Below, one piece after another: positions 56,191 through 64,000 of a DNA stretch of 64,000 nucleotides. The notes below the pieces were generated by a model that was given only the letters and a program-made list of their open reading frames with translations, was not told where the DNA came from and did no database searches. A program made the position numbers and the translations under genes. The DNA is from an uncultured Chloroflexia bacterium. Lineage in GTDB: Bacteria; Chloroflexota; Chloroflexia; Thermomicrobiales; UBA6265. The DNA lies in assembly GCA_963762985.1 (NCBI GenBank), contig CAVXMK010000024.1, positions 4,791 to 68,790 of the forward strand. Reading direction: 5' to 3'. Every line of letters starts with the position of its first letter. Positions within the stretch are counted from its first letter, which is position 1.

Positions 56191-57342
56191 CTAGATCCAT
56201 GCCGTGAGCAAGCGCTGCGCTTCGTCCGCCAGAGCGAACTGGAACGCCTGCAGCTCGACCCAGCATGCCACCGCCTCCGCCATCGGCCTGCCCAGCGCCA
56301 GCTCCAGGGCCGGGTACTGGGTTGGATCGCTCAGCTCCGCGACCACCAAGCCGAGCGGGCCCACCGTGTAGAGCAACGCCGCGGTTGCGAGGAAGCCGAG
56401 GCGGACCGCGCGCTCGTCGTCGTCCCACCCCGCCTCCCGCAGCCCGGTCGCGTACGCCGCGAGTGCGGTCTCGGCCAGCTCCCGAGGCGCAACGTCGGCC
56501 ACCTCGAAGAAGAAGAGGCTGCCGACGACCAGCGGCGCCAGGTCGGCCCCGACCGCCCCGCTCCCGGCGAACGCCCAGTCGACGGCCACCGTCTGCTCCG
56601 ACCCGTCCGGCCCGCGGCGGGCAAACAGGTTGCGGCGGAACGCGTCGTGGTGGCAGATGGTCTGCGGGAGCCGATCGAGCGCGGTCAAGTACCGCTCCCG
56701 CTCCGTCCACAACCGCCGGGTCTGGGCGACGGCCGCCGGTGGGAACAGCAGGCGCAGCAGCGGCTGGCCATCATCGGCCACGGCAAGGTTTGCCGCCGCG
56801 CGCCCCTGCGCCGCGATGTAGCGGCGGAGCCAGTCGCGGCTGAACCAGCCGTGATCGGGGAGGGCCTCGGCGACGAGCCAGGTGCCGTTGAAGCGCCCGA
56901 GATGCTGCGCGGCAAGGGCGAGGCGCCTCGTGTCCCACGCGCCCGGGTGTTCGTCGACGATCTCCTCCAGCCACAGCCAGGTGGAGCCATCGGGCCGCTC
57001 GGTCAGCCCGAGGCACCGCGGAGCGACGAGCGGGCCGGGTAAGCCGTCGCAGAACCCCGAGCGGTAGGCCAACGCCTCGCGCCGCGGCGCGTCCCACGCC
57101 CGCGAGTCGTCGCGCTGCCAGGCAGGCGGGGCGACCTTGAGGACGAGCGACCAGGGGCGCGTGCCGCCACCGACCTCGGCGCGCCCGGCAATGCGGTACA
57201 GCCCCTGCCCACCAAGCCCCCCCTGGAGCGGCCAGGTGGACCAGCGACCATCAATGCGCGCGGCATTCCCGAGAAGCCGACCGACGAGGGGCGTGAGGAT
57301 CGTCGCGTCGACCACTGGCACGCCATCATCGGCATCTGCCAT
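56191..57342 (-). CDS. Phosphotransferase (APH/choline-kinase-like) family protein
   Basis: Catalytic loop ICHHDAFRRNLF and metal-binding VAVDWAFAG. Confidence 0.75.
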   Translation of the reverse strand: MADADDGVPVVDATILTPLVGRLLGNAARIDGRWSTWPLQGGLGGQGLYRIAGRAEVGGGTRPWSLVLKVAPPAWQRDDSRAWDAPRREALAYRSGFCDGLPGPLVAPRCLGLTERPDGSTWLWLEEIVDEHPGAWDTRRLALAAQHLGRFNGTWLVAEALPDHGWFSRDWLRRYIAAQGRAAANLAVADDGQPLLRLLFPPAAVAQTRRLWTERERYLTALDRLPQTICHHDAFRRNLFARRGPDGSEQTVAVDWAFAGSGAVGADLAPLVVGSLFFFEVADVAPRELAETALAAYATGLREAGWDDDERAVRLGFLATAALLYTVGPLGLVVAELSDPTQYPALELALGRPMAEAVACWVELQAFQFALADEAQRLLTAWI

Positions 57343-57687
57343 CTTCTCCCCCTCGTGGCATCAGCACGTGCCGTCACCCCCGCTGGCTCGTGTCTGCCCG
57401 CCACGGTATACCCCCGCCGTTGCGCCAGCAACCGTGGTCACCAGACCCGAGCGCTGTCAACGATAGCGCGCGGGCCACCGAACGCGGGTAGGATCTCGGC
57501 CCCGGTCCCCAGGCGGTGGGCATGCGCGAGGCAAGGGCATGCCATGGCGGCGGTGGTCATCTTGGGCCAGAGGCTCAGCAGCCGCGCCCGATGCAATCGT
57601 CGTCGCACAAACGGTCCTTTGTGAGACGCGCTTGCGCGTCTCACACGTACCCAAGATTCCCGCGGCCAATCCGCCCCAGCCGGTGAA

Positions 57688-58863
57688 TCAGGCGATGTTG
57701 ACGTGCCGGGTGATCTGGCCGTTGCTCTCCCAGTACGTCTTCTTCCCTGCCAGGAGTGGGTCATCCGGGGCCGGCTGGACCTCCCCGTCCGTAGCGATCG
57801 CGCGCGAGGTGATGGTGTGCTCGCCGGGGGTTGGCGTTTCCCAGTCGAGGGTCCAGAAGCTCCAAGTGAACTCACTGCCCTCGCCGTCATCCGTGAGGAG
57901 AGTAGCGCTCTGCCAGGGTTCCTCGTCGATGCGGACCTCCACCCCCTTGAGGGGAGCCCCCCAGGCCGCCCCCATGATCTGGTAGTCGTCGCCCTGTTTG
58001 GTCACCTTGGCCGGGGCGGACTTGAGCCGGTCATGCGTCACTGAGGTGAAGGTCCAGACGGTCTCGCCGTCACGCTCTTCTTCCCGGATGGTGACGTAGT
58101 CGCGGGCCATGAAGTTGCCCTGGTAGCGGCTGTCACGTACCTCGATGTGGCTTAGCCACTTCACGTTGGCAATCCCGTACCAGCCCGGGGCGATGAGGCG
58201 GAGCGGGAAGCCATGCAGGGGTGGCAAGGGTTCGCCGTTCATCTCATAGGCGAGCAGGTTGTCGGGGTTCATGGCGTCTGCCACCGACATGCTGCGGGCG
58301 AAGTGCTCGGTGATGGTCATCTCCCGCCAAATCTGCTCCCCAGCATCCGCGCCCCAGAAGACGACCTCGATCCCCGCCTCCTGCACGCCGGCTTCCTCGA
58401 GAAGGGTTGCCAGCGAGGTACCCGCCCAGGTGGCGTTGCCAATGCCGCCGTTGAAGAAAGGCAGTCCGGTATTCCCCGAGCACTCGATGGTGAAGCCCAC
58501 CACCTGGCGCTCCCGGGCTTTGAGATCATCAAGGGTCAAGGTCATGGGCGTGTCAACCAACCCGCCGATCTCGAGGCGATAGTCAGCTTCGTTCAACTCG
58601 GGGAGGTTGAAGTGCTTGATGACGAAGAACTCGTCCGTCGGGGTGAGCCAGGTCTCGGTATCGAGGTGCGCCCAATCGAGCTGCTGGACGATGACCTCGG
58701 GGACCGGGTTGGGCTCGAGCTGGTCCAGCCAGGGGATAACCTCCCCCGTGACGGGGGTCTGGAACGCGGCGGTCGGTCCCGCGATGCGCAGCACGCTCAT
58801 GCCGGCCAGCGCCGCACTCCCACCCTGCAACAGCGTTCGGCGCGAGATAGCCGATGGGGTCAT
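57688..58863 (-). CDS. Tat-exported sulfite-oxidase-like molybdopterin oxidoreductase
   Basis: Leader MTPSAISRRTLLQGGSAALAG, Moco Cys region FTIECSGNTG, GFPLRLIAPGWYGIANVKWL, and a C-terminal dimerisation-like domain. Confidence 0.85.
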   Translation of the reverse strand: MTPSAISRRTLLQGGSAALAGMSVLRIAGPTAAFQTPVTGEVIPWLDQLEPNPVPEVIVQQLDWAHLDTETWLTPTDEFFVIKHFNLPELNEADYRLEIGGLVDTPMTLTLDDLKARERQVVGFTIECSGNTGLPFFNGGIGNATWAGTSLATLLEEAGVQEAGIEVVFWGADAGEQIWREMTITEHFARSMSVADAMNPDNLLAYEMNGEPLPPLHGFPLRLIAPGWYGIANVKWLSHIEVRDSRYQGNFMARDYVTIREEERDGETVWTFTSVTHDRLKSAPAKVTKQGDDYQIMGAAWGAPLKGVEVRIDEEPWQSATLLTDDGEGSEFTWSFWTLDWETPTPGEHTITSRAIATDGEVQPAPDDPLLAGKKTYWESNGQITRHVNIA

Positions 58864-59006
58864 GGTTTGCCTCCTTGCGGTGAATTGATTGTGCGAAACG
58901 CCATTCCGCCTACACCTCCGCGTCTTCCTGTCAATCGGGAAGAACGGGGGTGGCCAGATGGGCCGACTCCGAGCGCGTGCCGCTGGCGACGGCCACTCGG
59001 AGGTCG

Positions 59007-59444
59007 TCAGCGCTCCGTCCGTGTCTCAGCACCTGCTGCGCCGGTGGTCACCACGATGATGAGCGCCTCCTCCTGCATACTGCCCAGGTCGGGGGAGTGC
59101 AGCGCCTGTTGGGCGGCGAGCACCCGGGTCTGCTTGGCGACATGACTGCCCGCGACAGAACCGAAGTCGCTCGTCGCGTCCAACGTGGGAGCGGCGGCCA
59201 CGATGGCACCCAAGTGCTCCTCTTGCAGGCTGCCGATGTCGCCGCTCTGCAACGCGCGCTCGGCGGCAATAGCACGGGCGGAACGCACCGCCTCGGCACG
59301 GGTCTCGTCCACAGATGGAGCAGCGAGCGGGACCACGGCGATGACCTCCTCTTCTGCTGTGACCGCCGGTGGGGCGAGAAGTGTCAACGCGAACACCGCC
59401 GCGATACCGAAGACCAGACTCCGAGACCGATTGGGATTGGACAT
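59007..59444 (-). CDS. Secreted hypothetical protein with an internal duplication
   Basis: ATG follows GAAAGGA. Signal peptide SLVFGIAAVFALTLLAPPAVTA. Repeats are ALQSGDIGSLQEEHLGAIV and ALHSPDLGSMQEEALIIVV. Confidence 0.55.
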   Translation of the reverse strand: MSNPNRSRSLVFGIAAVFALTLLAPPAVTAEEEVIAVVPLAAPSVDETRAEAVRSARAIAAERALQSGDIGSLQEEHLGAIVAAAPTLDATSDFGSVAGSHVAKQTRVLAAQQALHSPDLGSMQEEALIIVVTTGAAGAETRTER

Positions 59445-59530
59445 CTTTGGATCCTTTCTGTCGTTCCATGGTCCGAATGGGGTCTCATGTCGCCTGGCGC
59501 TCGTGGTCACTGCGCAAACGCAGACGAGCG

Positions 59531-60055
59531 TTAGCGCGGGCCGCTGCGGGGCTCGACATAGGCCACACATGGGGGTTCAACGGTCAGCCAGGTGCTACAG
59601 GTGACCGTTTCGAGGTCGTAGGCCCGCATCATCGCGGTCGCTCCGCAGAGGTTGGCGAACGCCTCGCGCAGCATGCCGCCGCGACCGGCCCCCAGGAGGG
59701 ATGCGGCCTCGTGCCCGCTCGGTCCCGTGAATGGCACCATGGGGAGGCTGGCGGTAATCCAGCGCGTCTCGTAGAGCCGAGCCCCCATCTGGTCATAGAT
59801 GGCGAGGTAGACGCGGCCCCCGGCCGCGAAGTCGTTCCCGACGACCGTGAACAATCGCGGTGTCTGGGTCGTGGCCGAGACATCGGTCACACTCGGAATG
59901 GCGACCGGCTGACGAATGTCAGCGGCCCCTACACTGCCGTTCCCGAGGGCGATCGCGGCAATCCCGGCGATCATGGCGAACCGCCAACCGACGTGCGATG
60001 GGCTCGGGACCAGCGTCAGGGCCAGGAGGGAAATACGACCAATCTTTCGGAGCAT
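59531..60055 (-). CDS. Secreted hypothetical protein
   Basis: ATG follows GAGAGGTG. Begins MLRKIGRISLLALTLVPS... No family recognised. Confidence 0.5.
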   Translation of the reverse strand: MLRKIGRISLLALTLVPSPSHVGWRFAMIAGIAAIALGNGSVGAADIRQPVAIPSVTDVSATTQTPRLFTVVGNDFAAGGRVYLAIYDQMGARLYETRWITASLPMVPFTGPSGHEAASLLGAGRGGMLREAFANLCGATAMMRAYDLETVTCSTWLTVEPPCVAYVEPRSGPR

Positions 60056-60122
60056 AGGGATCACCTCTCGCATTCTCGTGTCCAAATAGCCACGCGGCCA
60101 TTGCGGGCTGCCGCCCGCCCAC

Positions 60123-60395
60123 CTATCGATAGAAGTACCGGTCGAGGACGGTCACCTGGATGATGCGATCGACCGGCAGGCGATTGCGCTTGGTGGCCCG
60201 CCGGATCGCCTCAGGGGTCGGTCCGTCATAGACACAGAAGGACGTTTTCCTGGCCTCGCCGACGTAGGAGTGGATCCAGGTCACTCCCAGATCGGCATTG
60301 CGGGCGACGACCTCCTGGCAGATGGCGGCGCCTGCATCGGTGAGGGAGATCGCCCACCTCTCGGGAAAGACGCGCTCCACCAAGTATCTCGGCAT
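60123..60395 (-). CDS. DUF4242 domain protein
   Basis: ATG follows AGGGAGG. MPRYLVERVFPE...GVTWIHSYVGEARKTSFCVYDGPTPEAIRRATKRNRLPVDRIIQVTVLD. Confidence 0.75.
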   Translation of the reverse strand: MPRYLVERVFPERWAISLTDAGAAICQEVVARNADLGVTWIHSYVGEARKTSFCVYDGPTPEAIRRATKRNRLPVDRIIQVTVLDRYFYR

Positions 60396-60508
60396 GAATG
60401 GCACCTCCCTTCGCTGACCACACAGGTCTGTGCGGCGAGGTCCACTCTGCCGGAACGCGTGTTGCCCTACATCGGGGAGATGCCCTGAGATTGGGAGCGC
60501 AGAGCCCC

Positions 60509-63172
60509 CTATTTTGGAGGGAGCACCCCCAGCTCGCCCGCGATCTGAATGGCCTCGCGGCGAGAGTGGGCGTTCAGCTTGGCGAAGACGGCCGAGACGT
60601 GGTGCTCGATGGTCTTGGGGGAGAGGAAGAGGTCTCTGGCCATCTCCGCATTGCTGCGGCCAGCGGCCATCAAGGTGAGGATCTCTGCTTCTCGCGGCGT
60701 GAGGTGTGCGGGGTGCGCACGGGTGGCCGCGCGGGGACCGCGGGGAATGTCCCGCACTCCGAACTCCTGCAGCCGCCGCTTCACCGCCACGATGGCTGGG
60801 CGCGCCCCCAGCTGTGCCAATCCCGCGAGCGCCTCGCGCAGTGCGATGGGATCGTGGCTGTCCATCAGGGCCCGCGCGGCTTCGTAGGGGCAGCCGAGGG
60901 CGCGCCATGCCGCCGCGGCTCCCGCCCCATCACCGCCAATCTGCAAGGCAAACGGGCCGACGATCCCGGAAGGTGGGTCCGTCAACGCTCCGGCCCGCCA
61001 CAGCCAGAACGCCAATTCACCGGCGATCCAGGCATTGCGATACCCGTCGGGCATCTCGAGTGCAGCACGTGCCTCGTCCAGGGTCCGCTCCCGGTCACCC
61101 GCTAGCCACGCCGCCTCGGCCCGGGCGGCATGTACTGCGCCGAGGCGCAGGAACGTGCCATTCGGCGCCGTAAGAGCCAAGGCCTCGTCGAGGGCATCCC
61201 ACGCTCCCGGATCACCGCGTCGCGCCCGCACGCGGCCGAGCGCCAGGAGCGCAACGGTTCGACTATTGACCGGGATGCCAAACCTGCTCTCGACGCCCTC
61301 CCAGGTGGCCGCTTCGTGGGGAGCGAGAGGCGTAACCACGGGCATACGCAGGACGGAGGCGGCTAGTTCTGCAGCCTCGCTCCAGCGTCCCTGAAACTGG
61401 CGGATATGGGCCAGCCGCGCCACCATGATCCAGAGCCAACTATCCAGGTCGTGATCGGTCGCATAGGTAATTCCCTCACTGACGTGCCGATCCGCGTCAT
61501 CAAAGCGGTAGTGCTCGCTATGACCTTCGCTGAGGTTGGCATGGGCAGCCGCGATGAATCCCGGAAGTCCCGCCTCTTGGGCCAGATGCAGCCCCCGCTC
61601 CAGCGCAGTGCAGCCCTGTGCTACGTCCCCCCGTTCAAACCACGCGTGTCCGACGGTGTTGAGCCCGAGGAGGATCCGTTCGACATCGCCGAGCCGCTCG
61701 GCCAGGGTGATGGCGCGCTCGCCCCAGGTCACCGCTTCGTCCAGATCCCCGGAGAGCAGGCCGAGCGATGCGCGGACACCGTGGACGCCGGCATGTGCCA
61801 CCCCCTCCGACACGCCGTCAAGGACAGCCAGTGCGTCGCGGGCCACCTGCGCCGCCTCGGTGTGCTGCTCAACCAGGGCCAGGGTGATTGCCAACCAGCC
61901 CAGGTGCTCGGCCTCCTTGGGTCGGTCACCTAATCGTCGCGCCAGCGCGATGAGCTCTTGGCGCGGCCAGATCCCGGCCGCGCCCCATTCGGCGAGGTCG
62001 GAGACCTGCGCGTACGCCTCCAGCAACGCCAACCGCTCCCGGTCAGGCAGTCCCACGGCGAAGCGCAGCGCCCGTGCGTACTGCGCCGTCGCTTCGCGGT
62101 TGGCGTGGAGGTCGGCTGCCCGCCGTGCGGCTGCTGGGGCAAAGGTCAGCACAGCCTCACGATCGCCGGCGGCCTCCGCGTGGTGGGCGAGTCGAGCCAG
62201 ATCGTCCCCACCGATCGCCGCGGAGCGGAGCGCTGCCAGCACCGCAGCGTGCAGGGCACGACGGCGCCGGTGCGGGATCGTCGCCAGGATCGCTTCCCGG
62301 GCGAGTTCGTGCCGGAACGTGAGCAGGTCATGCTCCATCCGCAGCACGCCGACGGTGAGGCACGCATCGACGGCGTCCCCATTCTCGCTACCAATCGCAT
62401 CCAGCAGCCACGGCTCGATCCGAGAACCAATGACGGCCGCGGCATCCAGGACCGACCGGGCGGCAGGGGACAGGCGCGCAACGCGGGCGAGCACGGCATC
62501 CTGCACCGTCATCGGGATGCCAAGCTCGGTGCTAGCGAGGATCTCGGTCACAAAGAATGGATTGCCTCCAGTGCGGCGGTAGAGGATGGCCGGGTCCATG
62601 CCGCTCTCGGCCGCCAGGGTCGCTACCGCTGCGGCGGACAGTGGGGGCAGCACGATGCGGTGCATCGAGGTTGTGGTGGCCAGGTCTCCCGCGACAATCC
62701 GCAGGGGGTGCGTTGGTCCCACCTCGTCATCGCGGTAGGTGACCAGCAGTAAGGTATGGGTTCCGCCGATGCGCCGGCCAAGGAAGCGCACGAGATCGAG
62801 GGTTGCCTCGTCCGCCCAGTGGGCATCTTCGATGACCAGGAGGGTGGGCCGAGGGGCCGTGAGGGTGTCGAGGGCGGCACTGAAGAGCAGGTGCCGGGGC
62901 GCATCTGCCCCGACCACCCGGGCCAATGTGCCGCCTGCATCCTGCGCGATATCAAGCAACGGACCGAGCGGACGCGGCGTTGACAGCGGATCACACGCGC
63001 CGAGGAGCACCCGCGCCGTTGCGCGCGACCGCTCTCTGAGCTGGGTGACGATGGCCGTCTTCCCGACTCCGGCCTCCCCACCCAGCAGCACCACATGGCC
63101 GTCGCCGGAAGCCGCCTGCGCCAGGAAGGCCTCCAATGCCTCAAGCTCCGTGCCGCGTTCGAGGAGGGTCAT
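60509..63172 (-). CDS. LuxR-family transcriptional regulator with N-terminal AAA/STAND ATPase (MalT/LAL-like)
   Basis: Walker A GEAGVGKT. HTH LTPREAEILTLMAAGRSNAEMARDLFLSPKTIEHHVSAVFAKL. Confidence 0.85.
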   Translation of the reverse strand: MTLLERGTELEALEAFLAQAASGDGHVVLLGGEAGVGKTAIVTQLRERSRATARVLLGACDPLSTPRPLGPLLDIAQDAGGTLARVVGADAPRHLLFSAALDTLTAPRPTLLVIEDAHWADEATLDLVRFLGRRIGGTHTLLLVTYRDDEVGPTHPLRIVAGDLATTTSMHRIVLPPLSAAAVATLAAESGMDPAILYRRTGGNPFFVTEILASTELGIPMTVQDAVLARVARLSPAARSVLDAAAVIGSRIEPWLLDAIGSENGDAVDACLTVGVLRMEHDLLTFRHELAREAILATIPHRRRRALHAAVLAALRSAAIGGDDLARLAHHAEAAGDREAVLTFAPAAARRAADLHANREATAQYARALRFAVGLPDRERLALLEAYAQVSDLAEWGAAGIWPRQELIALARRLGDRPKEAEHLGWLAITLALVEQHTEAAQVARDALAVLDGVSEGVAHAGVHGVRASLGLLSGDLDEAVTWGERAITLAERLGDVERILLGLNTVGHAWFERGDVAQGCTALERGLHLAQEAGLPGFIAAAHANLSEGHSEHYRFDDADRHVSEGITYATDHDLDSWLWIMVARLAHIRQFQGRWSEAAELAASVLRMPVVTPLAPHEAATWEGVESRFGIPVNSRTVALLALGRVRARRGDPGAWDALDEALALTAPNGTFLRLGAVHAARAEAAWLAGDRERTLDEARAALEMPDGYRNAWIAGELAFWLWRAGALTDPPSGIVGPFALQIGGDGAGAAAAWRALGCPYEAARALMDSHDPIALREALAGLAQLGARPAIVAVKRRLQEFGVRDIPRGPRAATRAHPAHLTPREAEILTLMAAGRSNAEMARDLFLSPKTIEHHVSAVFAKLNAHSRREAIQIAGELGVLPPK

Positions 63173-63455
63173 TGCGCAACGATAGTCCGCCTGCGGGATC
63201 CGTCAATCGATCGCCCGACGAATGGTCGTTTTGCCACCGGGTCTGTGTCAGAACGGGCCGCTTGTGCGACAGCCCCTTCGCACCATCTCCTGCGTGGTCT
63301 GTCCGGACGGCATCACCGTGATCGATTTCCTCGACTGCGAGGAAGCCCATACCCGTACTCCGCGACCGACCAAGACGCCCATGCGGCAAGAAGTCCACTG
63401 CGATTCGCGCGATACCGGCCGGTCTGCCGGTGATGGCGTCCCGGTTTCGCATCAT
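63141..63455 (-). CDS. Hypothetical ORF translationally coupled to the upstream permease (possibly a gene remnant)
   Basis: Its ATG overlaps the permease stop (ATGA). Composition is poor, and its 3' end overlaps the LuxR start by about 30 nt. Confidence 0.25.
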   Translation of the reverse strand: MMRNRDAITGRPAGIARIAVDFLPHGRLGRSRSTGMGFLAVEEIDHGDAVRTDHAGDGAKGLSHKRPVLTQTRWQNDHSSGDRLTDPAGGLSLRNDPPRTRHGA

Positions 63456-64000
63456 GAACCTTCACCGCGCCGCAGTTGGTCAATGACGACGGCCAGGAGG
63501 AGGACCACGCCCCAGGCGATCATCTGGTAGAAGGAGGAGACGTCGGTCAGGACCAGGCCGTTGCGCAGCGTCTCCATGATGAGCGCGCCGAGCAGGGTGC
63601 CCCAGACGCGGCCCCGGCCCCCGGCCAGGCTGGCCCCGCCGAGGACGACGGCGGCGACGGCGTTCAGCTCCAGTCCCATGGCCGCTTGCGGGCTGCCGGC
63701 GCTGAGCTGGGCGGCCAGGATGGCCCCGGCGAAGCCGGCGGAGAGGCCGGAGATGACGTAGGCGGCGAGTTGCACGCGACCCACGTCGATGCCGGCCAGC
63801 AGCGCCGCGCGCGGGTTGCCGCCGACGGCGAAGAGGGAGCGGCCGAAGGTGGTGAAGCGCAACGTCAGCCAGACGGCGACGAAGACGGCCAGCATGATGA
63901 GGACCGAGACGGGGATATCCCAGAAGACGCGGCCGGTGCCCAGCCAGCGCAGGTTCGGCCCGGGGAAGACCTGGGTGAGGGCGTCGGTCCAGACGTAGGC
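63452..64000 (-). CDS. Sugar-type ABC transporter permease (RbsC/BPD_transp_2-like), C-terminal part; gene continues beyond the right edge
   Basis: TTFGRSLFAVGGNPRAALLAGIDVGRVQLAAYVISGLSAGFAG...VVLGGASLAGGRGRVWGTLLGALIM. Confidence 0.8.
   Translation of the reverse strand, partial: AYVWTDALTQVFPGPNLRWLGTGRVFWDIPVSVLIMLAVFVAVWLTLRFTTFGRSLFAVGGNPRAALLAGIDVGRVQLAAYVISGLSAGFAGAILAAQLSAGSPQAAMGLELNAVAAVVLGGASLAGGRGRVWGTLLGALIMETLRNGLVLTDVSSFYQMIAWGVVLLLAVVIDQLRRGEGS

Overview
The window is clearly GC-rich (roughly two-thirds G+C by eye, not computed). It looks like a bacterial accessory or decaying region. Gene content, many Tat-type signal peptides and large ATPase/TPR regulators fit Chloroflexota/Thermomicrobia-like or actinobacterial genomes, but the taxon cannot be fixed from this sequence. 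I can support about 45 protein-coding genes. These include clpP, an amino-acid ABC transporter with an FAD oxidoreductase, a peptide/opine-type ABC transporter lacking ATPase genes, and a pore-only K+ channel. Also present are an M1 peptidase, a GH10 xylanase, a BBE-type FAD oxidase, a sulfite-oxidase-like Mo enzyme, an isomerase plus rhaM sugar pair, a higBA toxin-antitoxin pair, and a HipA-like kinase paired with DUF3037. Five STAND-type ATPase/TPR proteins occur: four with LuxR HTH domains and one with a class III cyclase domain. At least eight genes are disrupted by frameshifts or in-frame TAG codons, including an IS4-family transposase. I found no rRNA, tRNA or CRISPR. Six observations stand out. 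(1) An island at 16.9-21.3 kb holds four co-oriented genes that share a conserved Tat leader followed directly by a polybasic tract. Two of them carry long arrays of cysteine-rich modules. Two paralogous LuxR regulators with nearly identical 3' ends bracket the island. (2) A ~380-nt intergenic RNA candidate has a near-consensus promoter, seven GCAA-tetraloop hairpins and an intrinsic terminator. (3) A plasmid/phage-like replication module combines GTGCCAA iteron-like repeats, a MerR-like HTH gene and a wHTH-DnaD-DnaA_N initiator-like protein. A ~200-nt promoter-to-terminator antisense RNA candidate lies in its leader. (4) A dispersed family of G-tract/C-tract palindromic elements is present, with one copy inserted in frame inside a regulator gene. 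(5) Tandem GTCGRAA heptamers sit at the 3' ends of transcription units. (6) A MITE-like element has perfect 25-bp inverted repeats. All domain calls come from motif recognition by eye and need HMM or BLAST confirmation.
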